A program made the position numbers and the translations under genes. This document shows, one piece after another, positions 10,431 to 20,676 of a DNA stretch of 64,000 bases. The notes below the pieces were generated by a model. The model was not told where the DNA came from. It saw only the letters and a list, made by a program, of their open reading frames with translations, and ran no database searches. The stretch comes from Candidatus Kapaibacterium sp. (GTDB taxonomy: Bacteria; Bacteroidota; Ignavibacteria; Kapaibacteriales; Kapaibacteriaceae), in contig VERF01000006.1 of assembly GCA_018882895.1 (NCBI GenBank), positions 45 through 64,044 of the forward strand. Reading direction: 5' to 3'. Each line of letters opens with the position of its first letter. The first letter of the stretch is position 1.

Positions 10431-11335
10431 TGTCGCTCACGGATCGGCTCACGACGGGCGTCCTACAGGCAATGGGCGGAATCTGCAGGCGCTTGTCTTG
10501 GAAGCAGAGGCATGCGCTTGGTGTTCGTCTTGGACGGATCATGCGTGGCATCTCCCCCAAGCGGGTCGGGATCACGGCCGGCAATATTGCCATGGCCTAT
10601 CCGGAGCTGCCGCAAGTGCGGCAGCGAGAGATTCTCAATGAATCCTATGAGAACCTCGGAATCGTGCTTGCCGAGTTACTTGCCACGCCGTCGGTCAGTA
10701 GAGCTGATATCGAAGCCCATTTTGAGATCCGTGGCATTGAGCCAATTGTAGAGCGGCATCGTGCAGGTCTGCCATCGATACTACTTTCGGCGCATTACGG
10801 CAACTGGGAACTTGGTGCAATGGCAGCTGGCATCAGTCTAGGAGCACCGGTAAACATCGTTTACCATCCGCAGTCGAATGCCGTTGCCGATAAGATCCTG
10901 AACTCGTATCGAACCAAATTCGGCAACGTGCTGATTCCGATGGGGAGCGCCGCCCGCGCAATGGTGAAGCTTCTCTCCGGCGGCGGAACCATAGGCATCA
11001 TCGTCGACCAGCATGGCGTACCGGAGAAAGATCCCTGGATTCGCTTCATGGGGCGTCCAACACCCACCTACGAGGCTCCGGCGGCTCTTGCCCTGCGATT
11101 CAATGCGCCGATCTACTTCTCGTGTTGTGACCGCCGCGACGACGGACGCTACATCGTGGAGTTCTCCGAAGTACCGATGAGTGACCTTGACAACTCCCGA
11201 CAGGGAGTCATCGAGCTCACTAAACGTCACGTCCGTATGCTCGAAGATGTCATCCGCCGACGTCCGGGACAGTGGGCATGGCAGCATCGCCGTTGGCGCA
11301 GTGATCCGCCCCCTGGCGTCGTGGTGGTCGAATGA
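10430..11335 (+). CDS. Lipid A biosynthesis acyltransferase (LpxL/HtrB family)
   Basis: AHYGNWE, IVDQ, FMGRP and QWAWQHRRW motifs. Confidence 0.9.
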   Translation: MSLTDRLTTGVLQAMGGICRRLSWKQRHALGVRLGRIMRGISPKRVGITAGNIAMAYPELPQVRQREILNESYENLGIVLAELLATPSVSRADIEAHFEIRGIEPIVERHRAGLPSILLSAHYGNWELGAMAAGISLGAPVNIVYHPQSNAVADKILNSYRTKFGNVLIPMGSAARAMVKLLSGGGTIGIIVDQHGVPEKDPWIRFMGRPTPTYEAPAALALRFNAPIYFSCCDRRDDGRYIVEFSEVPMSDLDNSRQGVIELTKRHVRMLEDVIRRRPGQWAWQHRRWRSDPPPGVVVVE

Positions 11336-12393
11336 CCCCTGCCCAGACCATCTACATCGTTCAGACGGCGTTTCTTGGCGACGTGGTGCTTACGCTCCCG
11401 CTGTGCGCTGCTCTGCGACGGTCGTACCCCGAAGCACAAATCGTATTCATCACAACGCCGATGGCTGCGGATTTTCTCAAGGGGCTCTCGGTTGCCGATG
11501 ACGTTGTGGCCTTCGATAAGAGGCGCACTCACCGGTCGATCTCATCCGTTCGGGCACTGGCAGCCTCACTGCGGTGCACGGGCCCGTCTGTTGCCATCGT
11601 CCCGCACAAAAGTTTGCGCACGGCCATCTTTGTGCAGGCGCTGCGCGCCGATGTTCTGGTAACCTTCAAGGATGCCATGTCACGCTGGTTTGCCACGCAT
11701 ACGGTTGAGTATCCTGCCCACAGGCACGATGTCGATCGCCACATGGCGCTACTTCAGCCCCTTTTCCCTGCGAGTTCCATGGTGCCCGACTCGCATTCGC
11801 TGATGCCCATCGATCTGCGTACGCACGATAAGCAGGAAGCCATCAATGTTTGGAATGAGGCTCTGAGCGCACCTAGAATTGTCCTTGCCCCGGCCACCGT
11901 ATGGCCCACCAAGCAGTGGCCGGTTGAACAAATGCGCGGACTGGCCCAGCGTTGCCTACACGAGGGCTATCAGGTGGCCGTCATCGGGGACGCATCGGTG
12001 CACGGGTGCATGGACGGTATTGCGGGAGTCAATGATCAGATCGGCAAGACAACGCTGCGTCAGGCAGCTACGATCATTGCTACGGCTGACTGTGTGGTTG
12101 CAAACGACAGCGCTCCCGTGCATCTTGCTTCACTGCAGAACGTTCCAGTGGTGGCCATCTTTGGTCCGACGGTGCCCGAGTTCGGATTCGGACCCCTTGG
12201 CCAACGCTCGCGTGTTGTGCAACGCGGCGATCTCGAGTGCCGGCCCTGCAGTTCCCACGGTGGGAGGAGCTGTCCAATCGGTACGCATGAATGTATGACC
12301 GGAATCTCGGTCGACGCGGTGTTCTCTGCCCTTCAATCAACTCTTGCTCACGATGTGAATCGCCATGCCAAGCCCAATGAAACGACCTTCTGA
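11332..12393 (+). CDS. Glycosyltransferase family 9 (heptosyltransferase-like)
   Basis: QTAFLGDVVLTLP, WPTKQWP, NDSAPVHLA, AIFGPT and C-terminal CRPC...CP...HECM motifs. Confidence 0.9.
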   Translation: MTPAQTIYIVQTAFLGDVVLTLPLCAALRRSYPEAQIVFITTPMAADFLKGLSVADDVVAFDKRRTHRSISSVRALAASLRCTGPSVAIVPHKSLRTAIFVQALRADVLVTFKDAMSRWFATHTVEYPAHRHDVDRHMALLQPLFPASSMVPDSHSLMPIDLRTHDKQEAINVWNEALSAPRIVLAPATVWPTKQWPVEQMRGLAQRCLHEGYQVAVIGDASVHGCMDGIAGVNDQIGKTTLRQAATIIATADCVVANDSAPVHLASLQNVPVVAIFGPTVPEFGFGPLGQRSRVVQRGDLECRPCSSHGGRSCPIGTHECMTGISVDAVFSALQSTLAHDVNRHAKPNETTF

Positions 12394-13297
12394 CCGACGA
12401 GGAAAGTCCTCGTCCACCAACTCACGTGCGCAGGCCCCTTCGCGCAAACGGTCTGGTGCTCCGGCTGCCTCCACCAGTTCGCGTACTCAGGCCCCTTCGC
12501 GCAAACGGTCCAGTGCCGAGGCCACACCTGCCAGACAGCGGCAACCCAAGCAGCGCCGCTTGGATGTTGTTGAGCCGGCCCAGCAGGTGCGCCTGAACAA
12601 GGCCATCGCCGATGCCGGCGTGGCCTCGCGCCGGCGCGCCGATGAGCTCATCAGCAGCGGATGCGTGCGCATCAACGGGGCTATCGTGGTCGACCTCGGC
12701 ACACGTGTCAACATCGATGACATGGTGACGGTTAACGGTGAGCCGATCTCGCGGACAAAGCATCTGACATACATCCTGCTGAACAAGCCAAAGGATGTCA
12801 TCGCAACGTCGCGCGATGAAAAGGGGCGAGCAACGGTGTTCGACATCGTTCGCCTAAAGACACGACTTTTTACGGTTGGAAGACTTGACCGTAACACGAC
12901 CGGTGTGCTGGTGATGACCAATGATGGAGATCTTGCCAACCGGCTCATGCATCCCCGCTACGGCGTCACGCGCATTTACCGTGCTGCGCTAGATCGCCCC
13001 CTACGCTCAGACCACATGCGCCAGATCGCCGCAGGGATTGAGCTGGAAGACGGACCAACGCAGCCAGTCGATATCATGATCGATCCTGAGGACAGGGCGA
13101 GTGTTGTACTAGCGATCCGGGAGGGTCGCAACCGGGAAGTGCGACGCATCTTCGAGCACTTTGGCTATGAGGTCAAGCGCCTCGATCGCAAGGAATACGC
13201 CGGCCTATCGACAAGGGGCCTCAAGCGTGGTGAGTACCGTCACCTTACGCGTGATGAGGTGGATGAGTTGTACCGAGTGGTGAATCTGCAGCGATGA
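12365..13297 (+). CDS. rluB: 23S rRNA pseudouridine synthase, RluB/RsuA family, with basic N-terminal extension
   Basis: S4-like RLNKAIADAGVASRRRADELI; catalytic VGRLDRNTTG; EGRNREVRRIF. Confidence 0.8.
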   Translation: MPSPMKRPSDRRGKSSSTNSRAQAPSRKRSGAPAASTSSRTQAPSRKRSSAEATPARQRQPKQRRLDVVEPAQQVRLNKAIADAGVASRRRADELISSGCVRINGAIVVDLGTRVNIDDMVTVNGEPISRTKHLTYILLNKPKDVIATSRDEKGRATVFDIVRLKTRLFTVGRLDRNTTGVLVMTNDGDLANRLMHPRYGVTRIYRAALDRPLRSDHMRQIAAGIELEDGPTQPVDIMIDPEDRASVVLAIREGRNREVRRIFEHFGYEVKRLDRKEYAGLSTRGLKRGEYRHLTRDEVDELYRVVNLQR

Positions 13298-15390
13298 ATC
13301 TTCTGAATCCGTTTGCGCTTTTTGGTCTTGCAGCAGCGGGGATCCCTCTGCTGCTTCATCTGTTGAATTTGCGCAAGCTGCGTATCGTGGAATTCGGCAG
13401 CATTCGCTTTCTTCTCGAGCTTCAGCAAAAACAAGTGCGGCGCCTGAAGTTGCAACAGATCCTGCTTCTGATCCTGCGCACACTCATCATCGTCTTTGCG
13501 GTACTGGCCTTGTCGCGGCCCACCATCGAGACAACGCTCCCTGTGCTGTCCTCGGCGGCTCGCGCCAGCGTCCTGATACTGATCGACAACTCCGCGAGCA
13601 TGGAAGCGGCCGATGGGCGCGGACCTCGCATTGATCAGGCCAAGAAGGTTGCTCGCGAGATCATCAATGGCCTGCGTGATGGAGACGAAGTGGTCGTTCT
13701 GCCCATGGTAGGGGGCGATGTGCAACGTCGGGTGGATATGACACGTACCTTCGATGCGGCACGGCGGCAGGTTGATCTCGTGACCGTTGCCGACGGGACG
13801 GCCAGCATCGTCGAATCGGTGCGTCGGGTTCGCCCCCTCCTCGATGGGGCACTGCATGCACACCGTGAGATCTACGTCATCAGTGACGCCCAAAGATCCC
13901 TCGCGTATCGTCAGGCAGATGATACGCTGCGTGCCTTGGAACGTGATGCGACGGTATTCCTGGTTCGGATTGGCCAGGGGCAGCTCGGACTCGAGACGAA
14001 CATCAGTGTTGACTCAGTGGCCACCGTCACCAAGCTTCTGCAACCCGACAGACCGATCGAATTCGAAGCGATCGTCCGCAACGGTAGCTCCCGCGACGTC
14101 ACCGGAGCGGTCGTGTCACTTTCTTTCAACGGTATGCGCGTGGCACAGAAGGCCATCGACCTGCCGGCCAACGGCAGCAGAACGATCTTGCTTTCGGCCA
14201 CGCCGAACAGGCAGGGGGCTATCGCTGCCGCCGTTGAGCTGGAGTCGGATGCTGTGGACGGCGATAACGTCCGCTGGGCAGGGGTTACCATCCCACGTCG
14301 GGCGCGTCTGTGCCTGGTTGGCCCGTCGGAGCGCACACAGCTCGTTCGCACGGTCCTGGCCCTGCCCGGTGTCGGCTCAGCGGTCGGCGCGATCTCGAGT
14401 TTTGAGACCATTACCGCTGCGTCTTCGGCCATGACGGACATCGACGTCTTGATCTTCTGCGGCACGACTGCCTCCAACGCCGATGCCTCTGTGCTTCGCC
14501 AGTTTCTCGAATCAGGTGGCGGGGCAATTCTGTTTGCCTCTGCTTCTGCCGGGACGCTTTTGCCGCAATGCGGTCTTCAGCCATTGCCGGAAAGAACGAC
14601 AACAGCAGACGCGCCGTTTGTGATCACCGCCGTCGAAAGAACGCATCCACTCTATCAGGGTGTCTTCAGAAGTTCGGCCGCCCTGCTGGCCGGTTCCGAG
14701 GGAGTGCGCGTGACGCGCCAAACACCTGCCGGCGGTGGATTCGATATCGTGCGCTCCGGTGCAGGAGGCTTGGTGAGCGAGGCGACGGTTGGTCAGGGGC
14801 GAGTGATCTACATTGCCGTACCACCCGACATGTCCTCCGGGACGTTTCCAGTCAGTGGTCTGTTTGCGGCCACGCTCGTTCGAAGCACACTCTATGTGGT
14901 CGCACCGCGTGATCAAGGCGTCAACCTTGGACTCGGGGAATCTGTCAGTATTCCGATCCCGCCACGCCTTGCAGGCCGTGACGCGTTCATCGTGGCGGAT
15001 CAGAACGGCGTGAGTTCGACCATTCAGCCAATACGTATGAGCACGGCAACGCTGCTTCCGATTCCTGCACAGTTCACCTCGGGAGTCACGGTGGTCTCGA
15101 CGCGTGACTCTGTTCCGGTTACCACGGTGACCGTGAATGGATCGACCAATGAGTCCCGACTCGACTTCTTTGAGGAAGGGGCTTGGAAACCTGCCGTTGA
15201 TACGCTCGTCGTGCGTCCGGATCACGTAACGGAGCTCTCTGCCGGCACATCGGTCCAGGCCGCCATCCGCGAGGCGCGAACAGGTTCGGAGCTATGGCCA
15301 TTGGCTACCATGCTTGCCCTTGCCTGCGCCCTGGCGGAGATGCTGGTGGCCCGTTACTTCGTGCGTGATGCGGCGGTGACGGCATCGTAA
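13294..15390 (+). CDS. BatA-domain / vWA-domain membrane protein
   Basis: NPFALFGLAAAGIPLLLHLLN...LLLILR...LALSRP N-terminus; MIDAS-like IDNSASM; ISDAQ; C-terminal ELWP TM helix. Confidence 0.85.
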   Translation: MNLLNPFALFGLAAAGIPLLLHLLNLRKLRIVEFGSIRFLLELQQKQVRRLKLQQILLLILRTLIIVFAVLALSRPTIETTLPVLSSAARASVLILIDNSASMEAADGRGPRIDQAKKVAREIINGLRDGDEVVVLPMVGGDVQRRVDMTRTFDAARRQVDLVTVADGTASIVESVRRVRPLLDGALHAHREIYVISDAQRSLAYRQADDTLRALERDATVFLVRIGQGQLGLETNISVDSVATVTKLLQPDRPIEFEAIVRNGSSRDVTGAVVSLSFNGMRVAQKAIDLPANGSRTILLSATPNRQGAIAAAVELESDAVDGDNVRWAGVTIPRRARLCLVGPSERTQLVRTVLALPGVGSAVGAISSFETITAASSAMTDIDVLIFCGTTASNADASVLRQFLESGGGAILFASASAGTLLPQCGLQPLPERTTTADAPFVITAVERTHPLYQGVFRSSAALLAGSEGVRVTRQTPAGGGFDIVRSGAGGLVSEATVGQGRVIYIAVPPDMSSGTFPVSGLFAATLVRSTLYVVAPRDQGVNLGLGESVSIPIPPRLAGRDAFIVADQNGVSSTIQPIRMSTATLLPIPAQFTSGVTVVSTRDSVPVTTVTVNGSTNESRLDFFEEGAWKPAVDTLVVRPDHVTELSAGTSVQAAIREARTGSELWPLATMLALACALAEMLVARYFVRDAAVTAS

Positions 15391-15395
15391 GTTTG
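15388..15395 (+). promoter_or_regulatory. Bacteroidota-type -7 promoter element overlapping the upstream stop codon
   Basis: TAAGTTTG matches TAnnTTTG, 6 nt before ATG 15402. Confidence 0.45.
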
Positions 15396-15401
15396 CCGCA
15401 T

Positions 15402-16313
15402 ATGGCCTCTATCACCGTCCACCCCGAGATCGCCCCCTTGCAAGAGCGCGTGCGTGAACTTCGCACTCAGCTGCGTGAGGCGCTCGATGATTGGCATCAG
15501 CTCTCAACGGTGGTCAGGCCAAGGATTCATGCCACATACGCAAGTCATTTTGGAACGCTGGAGCGCGAATTGCAGGAGGTGGCTCTTGCAGCGGCCGAGA
15601 TGTTCCGTCGAGTCGAACTACTGAGCATAAAGCATGAGCGGGGAGAAAAGCTCACCGCTGAGATCGTCGACCTCATCAACCAGGTCGTTGATAAGGAGTA
15701 TGCACGCTTCACCATGCGCGTTCAGGAAGCATTTCGCATGAATGAACGGCAAAGGGAGGATGCGGCGCGTAAACGAGAGTCGGAGGGTTCTGACACCGAG
15801 CTCGTGTCGATGTACCGCACCCTCGTTAAACAGCTTCACCCCGATGTGGCTGATGCTGCAAGCGATGCATCCGCTGACGATGGTATATGGCATCAGGTAC
15901 AACAGGCTTATGCGACGCGCAACGCTGCTCAGCTTCGGTCGCTTGTGATGCTGCTCGGTGCTGATGCCGCTCTTGACCGTGAGTCCGATGAGTGGGGGAT
16001 CGACCGTTGGCAAGACGAGGTCGCCTCCCTAGAAAAGCGCCTCGCGTTGGAGCAACGCAAGCTCAGGCGCCTGAGTTCGGAAGAACCATTCACGATGGCA
16101 GCCGAGCTGGAAGATGAGATCTGGAGGCAGCGGCATCGTGATGACTTGGTGCGTCAGATCGCACAGAAGCACAATGAGCTTCGTGAATCGCGACGGAGAT
16201 ATGATGATCTTACAGGGGGCTTGGTGCCTCCGGGCCATAACCCGATGAAGTCCAAGCAGGACGTATCCTTTGAGGAGGACTTCATGACCAACACCTACTT
16301 TGGACAGCGCTGA
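15402..16313 (+). CDS. Coiled-coil protein with internal J-domain
   Basis: YRTLVKQLHPDV (HPD motif) followed by WHQVQQAY, flanked by helical charged segments. Confidence 0.75.
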   Translation: MASITVHPEIAPLQERVRELRTQLREALDDWHQLSTVVRPRIHATYASHFGTLERELQEVALAAAEMFRRVELLSIKHERGEKLTAEIVDLINQVVDKEYARFTMRVQEAFRMNERQREDAARKRESEGSDTELVSMYRTLVKQLHPDVADAASDASADDGIWHQVQQAYATRNAAQLRSLVMLLGADAALDRESDEWGIDRWQDEVASLEKRLALEQRKLRRLSSEEPFTMAAELEDEIWRQRHRDDLVRQIAQKHNELRESRRRYDDLTGGLVPPGHNPMKSKQDVSFEEDFMTNTYFGQR

Positions 16314-18154
16314 TGTATGTAATCGAACAACGGGACGAGCAACTCGTCAACTCAAAGGCCGGCATCACCTACGAACTTGGCTTCGACCGAGCTCCTCAGC
16401 ACCTTGTCAGCGTGCGAATGCGTGTTGACAACGTCGCCGCTCCAGAGCTTGCATTCGTGATGCCCTCGTGGTCGCCCGGCAGTTATAAGATTCGTGACTA
16501 TGCTGGCTGGCAGGGCAACGTTCGGTGCTATTCGGTGAACGCAGCAGGGCGCACGGAACTATCCTATCGCTGGCGTGACAAGGCCTCGCTGGTGGTCTCG
16601 ACTCAAGGTGTCGCCACTGTTGAAGTTGAGTATCTGATCTATGCTCATGAACGGACGGTGCGCACCAGTCACGTCAACCGCTTTCATGCCTTTCTCATGC
16701 TCACCTCGGTCTGCATGTACGTCGAGGGGCGCACCCAAGAAACACATCACGTTCTGCTGAAGCATGATCAGTTGAAGTGGCCGTCGACTTCGACAGCGTT
16801 GTCGCCGGTCAGCGCGCCAACTTCGCGTGGAATTCTCCTCGGCGCGCTGAACTATGACATTCTGGCCGACTCGCCGATCGAGATCGGCGACCACCGCGTC
16901 CGGACCTTTACTGCTGCCGGTGCACTCCATGAGGTGGCGGTGGCAACCAACTACGACGTGGACATTGATTGGCTCGCTGACCGCGTCAAGCGCATCGTCG
17001 AAGTCGAGACCGAGCTCTTCGGAGGTGCGCCATATGATCGTTACGTGTTCATCATTCAGGCCTATCCCGGGGCAGGGGGCGGGCTGGAGCATGCACGATC
17101 CAGCGTCAACGCCGTGGATCCGTCAGCGCTGCTCGACAAGACAAAGGCCATTGGTCTGTTGTCTCTGCTTTGTCACGAGTACTTCCACCTTTGGAACGTC
17201 AAGCGTATCCGCCCGGTTGAGCTCGGCCCCTTCGATTACACTCGAGAGACCTACACGCCGATGCTCTGGCTTGCCGAGGGGTTGACGTCCTACTATGATA
17301 ATCTCTTTGCGTACCGATGCGGCTTCGCGACCGAGAAGGAGTATGTCGACTCAATCTCGCGTGACGATATCGCTCGGCTGGCGCAGGTTCAAGGGCGATT
17401 TGCAATGTCGACACGCGACAGTTCGTATCTGGCCTGGCTTAAGCTCTATTTGCAAAGTCCTGACGGTTCCAACCGATTCCCTTCATACTACCTGAAGGGC
17501 GGCATCATCATCATGCTCCTGGATATCTACATCATCGATCATACTGATGGCAAGTACTCGATGGATGATGCTCTTCGCATGATGTGGAAGCGATATCAGG
17601 ATGACCCATCTCGGGGAATGACCGAGGATGAGTGCATCGCCATCATCGAGCAGGCCACTCGAGTTCAAGTCCGTGAGCGTCTGATGAGCTGGCTTGACGG
17701 AAAGGACGAGCTTCCTTACGATGAGATCTTGAAGGCTGTCGGCTATCGGGTGAGCGCAGCACCGAAAAAGGCAGCTGCCGGAACCTTCGGTGAAGCGGTC
17801 CCAAGCGCATCTGTCCCCGAAGCGCCCTTTATCGGATGGAGTCTGGCCGATGTCGGCGGCAAGGTTGTTGTGCGCGCGGTTGATGATGGCTCACCGGCTC
17901 AGCTGGCCGGGATTGGAATTGACGATGAGCTTGTGGCTATCGAGGGCATCCGCATCCTGAATCCGGCACAGGCTGATCACGTATTGGGTGGACGCGTGGG
18001 CAAAGCGGTGCAGTTGACGGGGCATTGCGATGGTCGGATATACACCACCACCATTGAGGCTCGTGAGCGCATGATGCCGGGTCTTGTTGAAATAGACGCC
18101 CCGTCTGAGCGTCAGCGTCAAATGCGCAGCCGCTGGCTGCAACGACGTCTGTGA
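16313..18154 (+). CDS. M61-family glycyl aminopeptidase with C-terminal PDZ domain
   Basis: MPSWSPGSY, GGGLEH, HEYFHLWNVKRIRP, LWLAEGLTSYY, SYYLKG; PDZ GSPAQLAGI. Confidence 0.92.
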   Translation: MYVIEQRDEQLVNSKAGITYELGFDRAPQHLVSVRMRVDNVAAPELAFVMPSWSPGSYKIRDYAGWQGNVRCYSVNAAGRTELSYRWRDKASLVVSTQGVATVEVEYLIYAHERTVRTSHVNRFHAFLMLTSVCMYVEGRTQETHHVLLKHDQLKWPSTSTALSPVSAPTSRGILLGALNYDILADSPIEIGDHRVRTFTAAGALHEVAVATNYDVDIDWLADRVKRIVEVETELFGGAPYDRYVFIIQAYPGAGGGLEHARSSVNAVDPSALLDKTKAIGLLSLLCHEYFHLWNVKRIRPVELGPFDYTRETYTPMLWLAEGLTSYYDNLFAYRCGFATEKEYVDSISRDDIARLAQVQGRFAMSTRDSSYLAWLKLYLQSPDGSNRFPSYYLKGGIIIMLLDIYIIDHTDGKYSMDDALRMMWKRYQDDPSRGMTEDECIAIIEQATRVQVRERLMSWLDGKDELPYDEILKAVGYRVSAAPKKAAAGTFGEAVPSASVPEAPFIGWSLADVGGKVVVRAVDDGSPAQLAGIGIDDELVAIEGIRILNPAQADHVLGGRVGKAVQLTGHCDGRIYTTTIEARERMMPGLVEIDAPSERQRQMRSRWLQRRL

Positions 18155-20253
18155 CGCCCCCTCGCATCATATCACTCCTCTTGGTAGCCAGCACCATCGC
18201 CGGCCTCTCCGGCTGTGCGTGGTACGACAATCGTATCACGTACTTCAATACGTACTACAACATGCAGCGTATCCGCGGCGAGATCCTGGACGAGTTTGAT
18301 TATCAGGAAGAACTCAAGCGGAACCGTCCACGTGTGCTGATTCCGGGACTGGACAGTATCAAGCTTACGTCGGGCCCGCCCAAGAATTCGATCTACCAGT
18401 TTCTGAGAGGGCTGCAGATCGATCGCACTAAGCTGCAGCCGGTTGCGACAAAGGTCGACTCGATCCTGATGAAGGGTTCGAAGGTCGTGGCCTTCCATCC
18501 GAAGTCGGACTATATCGAGGGTTCGTTGTTTCTGATGGCCGAGGCCTACTTCTTCCGTTCCGAATGGGTCCCGTCCCAACAGAAGTGCCTCGAACTGATC
18601 GAGCGCTTTCCCGATGGCGAGTTCTCTCCTGATGCACACATCCTGCTTGCAAAGGTCTATCTGATGCAACGCAAGGTCTCGCAGGGTACGCAGGCACTTT
18701 CCAAGGCCGTTGACGTTGCTTGGTATCGCGACCGATATGATGTCGCCAGCGAGGCATATCGCATTCAGGCTGAAATGGCCATCGAGGACGGAGATATCGA
18801 GAAGGCGATCATGCCCTACAAGCAAGCACTCATCATGTGTGAAGATGGAGTGCAGCGTGCGAAGTGGCAGATCGAGATTGCTTCGATCTATTACCGGATT
18901 GGCAAATACGAACTCGCCGAAGCCGCATTCCGAAAGGTGTTTGACGAGAACCCCGATGCCCTCGGACAGTTTGAGTCGCTGCTTTACATTGCCTCTTGTC
19001 GTGCTCGGCAGGGACAGTTCGACGAGGCCAGCGAGCTGTACGCGAAGCTTGAAGACCGCAAGGCTTTCTCCGAGTGGGCATCGTTCATCCAAGCAGAACG
19101 CCTTGCCCTAGATCGGCTCCGTCAAGAAAACGCCAAGGACAAGACGCTTCTTGCCCGCGAGAGGTTTGCCGACACGTCATTTGTCGGCAAGCCGGAGCTA
19201 ATGGCACAGTCCTTCCAGAAGGGTATGGCCCTGTACAAGACCGGCGAGTATCAGGAGGCGCTGAAGTACTTCGCAAAGGCCAAGATCATCCGAACGCCAG
19301 TCTATGATGTCGCCAACAAGTACTACACTGCCTTGCGCTCGTGGGATGAAGCCAAACGCAGACTCTACCTGCTGGACCAGCACCTGGTTGTGGATACCTC
19401 GCGCAGGGACTCGATCAATCGTCTCCGCTCGGGCGAGCTCTATTCCATTGGCCGTGTTCACGAGACCCTCGACAAGGCTGACAGTGCGCGGATATACTAT
19501 CGTCGGGCCTTCGAGGCCAGTGATCCCGCGTCCGAGGATGCGGGAAAGTGCTTGTTTGCACAGGCGCGACTGTTGAAGGATTCCGATCCGATCGTGTCCG
19601 ATTCTCTCTTCGAGGTTATCTCTTTGCGGTGGCCGCGGAGCCCCTTTGCAAAGGAGGCCGCTGCCAATCTTGGATACACTGCCGATGCGACCATCGATGA
19701 TGCAGCCGAGTTGTATGCCTCAGGATCGAAGTTCCGCATGATCAAGGACTACTCCTTCGCTTCGCGGCAGTTCATGACGGTGGTCAACAAGTTCCCTCAA
19801 AGTGACATTGCGCCGAAAGCTCTGTATGCGATGGGGTGGATGTTTGAGCGTGATGTGCAGAGAAACGACAGCGCGCTGTTCTACTATCAGCAGCTGATTG
19901 AACGGTATCCTCGTTCGGAGTATGCTCGCGAGATCAGGGCAAGCGTCGAATTTGCGCTTGCCAAGATGAACGGAGTTGAAGTTTCGGATTCAACGCTCTT
20001 GCGCGATCTGGACAAAGAGTTGCTGCAACGTGCGACTGATAAGGACAAGGATGTGATGCAGCAACTGATGGATAACAACAGGGACGCTTTTCAGGTTACG
20101 GCACCGGGCGTAAATGTGCCGCAGATACCTGGCATGACTCCGGGCGGCTCTCTCAACAACATTCTACAGGGTCAGATCCGCGACGCCCAGGGGAATATCA
20201 TGGGTAACAAGCAGGACAGTACCAATGTGCCGCCACCTCTGCCGAAACCTTAG
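18151..20253 (+). CDS. TPR-repeat lipoprotein, possibly SprE/PorW-like
   Basis: GTG start; lipobox LSGC; TYFNTYYN after the Cys; many TPR repeats (YQQLIERYPRSEYA). Confidence 0.7.
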   Translation: MTPPRIISLLLVASTIAGLSGCAWYDNRITYFNTYYNMQRIRGEILDEFDYQEELKRNRPRVLIPGLDSIKLTSGPPKNSIYQFLRGLQIDRTKLQPVATKVDSILMKGSKVVAFHPKSDYIEGSLFLMAEAYFFRSEWVPSQQKCLELIERFPDGEFSPDAHILLAKVYLMQRKVSQGTQALSKAVDVAWYRDRYDVASEAYRIQAEMAIEDGDIEKAIMPYKQALIMCEDGVQRAKWQIEIASIYYRIGKYELAEAAFRKVFDENPDALGQFESLLYIASCRARQGQFDEASELYAKLEDRKAFSEWASFIQAERLALDRLRQENAKDKTLLARERFADTSFVGKPELMAQSFQKGMALYKTGEYQEALKYFAKAKIIRTPVYDVANKYYTALRSWDEAKRRLYLLDQHLVVDTSRRDSINRLRSGELYSIGRVHETLDKADSARIYYRRAFEASDPASEDAGKCLFAQARLLKDSDPIVSDSLFEVISLRWPRSPFAKEAAANLGYTADATIDDAAELYASGSKFRMIKDYSFASRQFMTVVNKFPQSDIAPKALYAMGWMFERDVQRNDSALFYYQQLIERYPRSEYAREIRASVEFALAKMNGVEVSDSTLLRDLDKELLQRATDKDKDVMQQLMDNNRDAFQVTAPGVNVPQIPGMTPGGSLNNILQGQIRDAQGNIMGNKQDSTNVPPPLPKP

Positions 20254-20290
20254 GCAGGGGGCGCCAAGGCCGCCCCGCACCCTGATCATC

Positions 20291-20593
20291 TCAGGTCTCG
20301 ATCTGCGTCACAAGGCCAATCTCTTCAAGGATCGACGACACGCGCAAGCATGGCGGGAAGCCGCCCTCGTAGACCATTGCCTTGCCCGAATGGTGGACTT
20401 CCAGCGTTAACAGCTCGGCCCGATCCAGAGTGCAGCCGGTGGCTTTCATGATCTGGATGATGACCTCGTCGAAAGTGTGGACTTCATCATTGAAAAGTAT
20501 CACCTTGGCTGTAAGGGCAACCTCCTCTAGTCCAAGAGTCAGCTGATCTTCCTCCAGTTGGGGAATTCCAAGAAAAACCGTGTCGTTATGCAT
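20291..20593 (-). CDS. clpS: ATP-dependent Clp protease adaptor ClpS
   Basis: KVILFNDEVHTFDEVI...LTLEVHHSGKAMV; ATG at 20593 lies downstream of a TAATTTTG element. Confidence 0.85.
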   Translation of the reverse strand: MHNDTVFLGIPQLEEDQLTLGLEEVALTAKVILFNDEVHTFDEVIIQIMKATGCTLDRAELLTLEVHHSGKAMVYEGGFPPCLRVSSILEEIGLVTQIET

Positions 20594-20606
20594 CCTTGCC
20601 ACGGCG

Positions 20607-20632
20607 CAAAATTATGAAAAGACCTATCTTTG
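20607..20632. promoter_or_regulatory. Back-to-back divergent TAnnTTTG promoters for clpS (-) and the CADD operon (+)
   Basis: Minus strand TAATTTTG at 20614-20607; plus strand TATCTTTG at 20625-20632. Confidence 0.55.
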
Positions 20633-20676
20633 CTCTCCAAACATCAGCCTATTCACGCTTACGAGGACCGTCATTT

